The notes below the pieces were generated by a model. The model was not told the DNA's origin. It was given only the letters and a program-made list of their open reading frames with translations, and did not search any database. This document shows positions 61,278 through 64,000 of a stretch of DNA of 64,000 bases, one piece after another. Positions within the stretch are counted from its first letter, which is position 1; each line of letters starts with the position of its first letter. Source of the DNA: an uncultured Chloroflexia bacterium (lineage in GTDB: Bacteria > Chloroflexota > Limnocylindria > Limnocylindrales > CSP1-4); assembly GCA_963814115.1 (NCBI GenBank), contig CAWFBS010000008.1, forward strand, positions 430,155 through 494,154, in the 5' to 3' direction. Made by a program: the position numbers and the translations under genes.

Positions 61278-62167
61278 CCCGCTCCCGGATCGCCCGGCTC
61301 GGCTGCCGATCCTGCCTCGGCGGCCGCGAGGGCCAGCTCGGCTTCCAGCTTCTCTCGCATCAGCTCCTCCGGTGCGGGCTGTCCCGTCCAGAGCGTGAAT
61401 GCAGCGGCCCCCTGGTGAAGCAGCATCAGCTCGCCGTTCTGGGTCGCGCACCCCGCCGCGGCCGCGTCGCGAAGAAGTCGCGTCTGGGGCGGGTTGTAGA
61501 TGAGATCCAGCACGAGCAGATCGCTGGGCAGCAGCTCGGCGGGGATCGGGCTGACGTCCCCCGCCAGTCCCACGGACGTGGCATTGATCAGGACGCGGGC
61601 GCGGGACAGCTCCGCCTCGATGATCGACTCGTGCCACGGCATCGCGCGCAGCTCCATGTGGGCCGCGCTCCTCCCGAAGAACTTCACCAGCGCCTCGGCG
61701 CGGTGGAGGTGGCGATTGAAGACCACGATGCGCTGGAATCCTTCGGTCACGAGGCCGTGCACCACGGCGCGGGCACCGCCGCCGGACCCCAGGACGACGG
61801 CCTGCCGGGGCATCTTCTGCTTGCCGACCAGCCGATCGAGCGCGACGCGGAAGCCGGGCACGTCCGTGTTGTGGCCGACAAGCCTGTGGCCATCCCGGGT
61901 GATCGTGTTGACCGCGCCGGTCGCGTGCGCCTCCTCGGTCAGCCGATCCATGAGCGCGGCCACCTTCTCCTTGTGGGGGATCGTGACGTTCGCGCCCAGG
62001 AAGTCGTCGCCGCGCAGCTCCGCGACCGCGTCCGCAAGCTCGAGCGGGGCCCGGTCCCAGAGCTCGTACGCGGCGGGGATGGCGAGCGAATCGAGCGCCG
62101 CCTGCTGCATCACGCCCGACAGCGAGTGGGCCACGGGATGGCCGATGAGCACGATCCGTTTCGTCAT
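61274..62167 (-). CDS. aroE: Shikimate dehydrogenase
   Basis: SxS substrate motif (HSLSGVMQ), NVTIPHK and NTD motifs, and GSGGGARA NADP site. Confidence 0.85.
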   Translation of the reverse strand: MTKRIVLIGHPVAHSLSGVMQQAALDSLAIPAAYELWDRAPLELADAVAELRGDDFLGANVTIPHKEKVAALMDRLTEEAHATGAVNTITRDGHRLVGHNTDVPGFRVALDRLVGKQKMPRQAVVLGSGGGARAVVHGLVTEGFQRIVVFNRHLHRAEALVKFFGRSAAHMELRAMPWHESIIEAELSRARVLINATSVGLAGDVSPIPAELLPSDLLVLDLIYNPPQTRLLRDAAAAGCATQNGELMLLHQGAAAFTLWTGQPAPEELMREKLEAELALAAAEAGSAAEPGDPGAG

Positions 62168-63513
62168 GCGCGCACCCTCTCCAGCTCGTCGAAGAAGCCC
62201 GGGTAGGAGACGTCGGCGGAGGCGAAGCCCCCGACGAGCGTGGTTCCCTCGGCGATGAGGCCCGCGACGGCGAAGGTCAGCGCCAGCCGGTGGTCGTCGT
62301 GACTGTCGACCGCAGCGCCCCGGAGCGCCTGGCCGCCCTCGATCTCGATCTCGTCTCCGTCCGCCCGGATCCGGACGCCGAGGGCCCCGAGCCCCGCGAC
62401 GATCCCTCCGACCCGGTCCGATTCCTTGTGACGTAGCTCCCCGATGCCGCGGATCCGGCTGCGTCCGGATGCCACCGAGGCGGCAAGGCAGAGGATCGGG
62501 ATCTCGTCGATTGCACCGGCGACCTCGGCGGGATCCACGTCGATTCCCCGCAGCGTGCTGCTCCGGACGGCGAGGTCCGCGATCGGCTCGCCGGACGCCC
62601 CGCCGGGGCCGGACCCGACCGGCCGTTCCTCGATCTCGGCGCCCATCCGCCGCAACAGGTCGATGATCCCACGCCGCGTCGGGTTCGTCCCGACGTTTCG
62701 GAGGAGCAGGTCCGCGTCCGGGTGGACGGCCGCCGCGACCAGCCAGAAGGCCGCGCCGGACACGTCTCCGGGGACCTGTTCGTCGAGCGGCATGACGGTC
62801 GCCGGACCCGACACCGCGTGGGCGGCGCCCCCGTCGTCAAGGAGCCGGGTGCTGACCGGAACGCCCCGGGCGCGCAGCATCCGCTCCGTGTGGTCGCGGG
62901 TCGGGAGCGCCTCGTGCACGGTCGTCGTTCCGGTGGCAGCCAGCCCGGCCAGCAGCACGCACGACTTCACCTGTGCGCTCGGAATGGGCGTCACGTGCTC
63001 GATCCCCCGCAGGGCAATCGACCCCGTGATCGCAAACGGCGCCCGGGTCGTGCCTGCCCGGCCGACGACCGTGGCGCCCATCGCCGTCAACGGCGCCGCA
63101 ACCCGTGCCATCGGGCGTCGTCGGAGCGACGCATCGCCGTCGAGGATCCCAAGGCCCGGCAGACCGGCGAGGATACCCGCGACCAGGCGGAAGGTCGTTC
63201 CGGAGTTCCGGCAGTCCAGGACGCCCTCCGGCTCGGCGAGGCCGTCGCGGCCGGGCGACGCCACCAGGTAGTCGACGGCGCGGGCATCACCGCCCAGCCG
63301 CGTCAGGGTGGCCCCGAGCGCGGTGGCGACGTCCGCGGTAGCCCGCACGTCGCGGCCGTCGCCGGCGCCCGTGATCCGGCTCTGGCCGGCCGCGAGCAGC
63401 GCGAGCAGGAGCGCACGGTGGCTGATCGACTTGTCGCCGGGCAACCGCATCTCGCCGCGCAGCCGGCGCGCGGGGCGCACGCTGATCACATCCTGCACGG
63501 GCGCCTCGAGCAT
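62164..63513 (-). CDS. aroA: 3-phosphoshikimate 1-carboxyvinyltransferase (EPSP synthase)
   Basis: LPGDKSISHRALLLA and DCRNSGTTFRL motifs. 449 aa from the ATG at 63513, with a 4-nt overlap with aroE. Confidence 0.9.
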   Translation of the reverse strand: MLEAPVQDVISVRPARRLRGEMRLPGDKSISHRALLLALLAAGQSRITGAGDGRDVRATADVATALGATLTRLGGDARAVDYLVASPGRDGLAEPEGVLDCRNSGTTFRLVAGILAGLPGLGILDGDASLRRRPMARVAAPLTAMGATVVGRAGTTRAPFAITGSIALRGIEHVTPIPSAQVKSCVLLAGLAATGTTTVHEALPTRDHTERMLRARGVPVSTRLLDDGGAAHAVSGPATVMPLDEQVPGDVSGAAFWLVAAAVHPDADLLLRNVGTNPTRRGIIDLLRRMGAEIEERPVGSGPGGASGEPIADLAVRSSTLRGIDVDPAEVAGAIDEIPILCLAASVASGRSRIRGIGELRHKESDRVGGIVAGLGALGVRIRADGDEIEIEGGQALRGAAVDSHDDHRLALTFAVAGLIAEGTTLVGGFASADVSYPGFFDELERVRA

Positions 63514-63521
63514 GGCCGGGC

Positions 63522-64000
63522 TCAGGACCTGGATCCGGCTGCGGCGATTGCCCCGCCGCGGGGCGCGTGGAGCGACGCCGCCTGGGCGTGCACCGGCCGG
63601 ACGGCCGCCGCGAGTGCCGCGAACTGGTCGAGGGTCACCGACTGGTCCCCGTCGGAGAGGGCCTCCTCCGGGTGGGGGTGGACCTCGACCAGGAGGCCGT
63701 CGGCCCCGATCGCCGCCGCTGCGAGCGAGAGTGGGGCAACCAGCCAGCGCTTGCCGGTCGCGTGCGAGGGGTCGATCACGACGGGCAGGTGGGTGATCTC
63801 GTGCAGAAGCGGGACGGCGGTGATGTCGAGCGTGTTGCGCGTGGACGTCTCGAACGTTCGGATCCCTCGCTCGCACAGGATCACGTTCGGGTTGCCGCTC
63901 GACATCACGTACTCGGCGGCCATGAGCCACTCTTCGATGGTCCCCGACAGGGCACGCTTGATGAGCACCGGACGCCCGATCTTGCCGACGGCCATGAGCA
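63522..64000 (-). CDS. aroF: 3-deoxy-7-phosphoheptulonate (DAHP) synthase, type I-beta (KDO8PS-like), C-terminal part only; N-terminus beyond window edge
   Basis: [22 protein letters not shown] and [11 protein letters not shown] motifs match the I-beta DAHPS / KDO8PS family. The ORF runs to the window end, so it is incomplete. Confidence 0.7.
   Translation of the reverse strand, partial: LMAVGKIGRPVLIKRALSGTIEEWLMAAEYVMSSGNPNVILCERGIRTFETSTRNTLDITAVPLLHEITHLPVVIDPSHATGKRWLVAPLSLAAAAIGADGLLVEVHPHPEEALSDGDQSVTLDQFAALAAAVRPVHAQAASLHAPRGGAIAAAGSRS

Noticed and set aside
59694-61418. 574-aa plus-strand ORF antisense to aroC/aroKB
   Set aside because: Antisense to clearly identified chorismate synthase and DHQ synthase.

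Overview
This is a 64-kb window of very high-GC (about 70%+) bacterial chromosome. It is gene-dense and mostly housekeeping; from gene content and synteny it is probably Actinomycetota-like, which is an inference from sequence only. By translating ORFs and recognising motifs, I can support about 60 features, with long antisense shadow ORFs that are typical of high-GC DNA and rejected below. Start of window: the 3' end of an Lhr-type helicase gene followed by an Fpg/Nei glycosylase, the same arrangement as mycobacterial lhr-nei2. Next come two MFS transporters, a DUF2029/GT87-like membrane protein, an M20 peptidase, azlCD, gamma-glutamyltransferase, DegV and glutamate dehydrogenase. A tightly coupled CoA-precursor operon (coaX-coaBC-panB-panC) lies on the minus strand. 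Then a four-gene BMP-family (nucleoside-type) ABC transporter, an M16 peptidase and ndk. After these come lepB with two orphan antiporter-like membrane proteins, the H+-pyrophosphatase gene hppA, uppP, an orphan argR, a DUF952 gene and greA. A class I lysyl-tRNA synthetase is translationally coupled to serS. It is followed by a PAS/GAF/EAL sensor, a GH65 phosphorylase with beta-phosphoglucomutase, a tRNA-Ser(UGA) gene and a DUF2236 gene. The most notable block is an aromatic-amino-acid supraoperon region at the end of the window. It holds a complete trp operon on the plus strand (trpE-trpG-trpD-[trpC-trpF-trpB single 953-aa ORF]-trpA). Converging on it head-on is a complete shikimate-pathway operon on the minus strand (DAHP synthase-aroA-aroE-aroC-aroK/aroB fusion-aroQ-chorismate mutase). 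Items worth checking include the TrpC-TrpF-TrpB triple fusion and the AroK-AroB fusion. Others are a GH65 C-terminal remnant ORF and an orphan NuoN/MrpD-like membrane-protein pair co-oriented with lepB. A three-gene cluster built around a Pta-N-terminal-like (AAA/DRTGG) protein with a coupled 62-aa TM micropeptide also stands out. Further items are a long trp leader behind a near-consensus promoter and several regulatory palindromes and hairpins. No CRISPR array, rRNA or obvious mobile element was seen.
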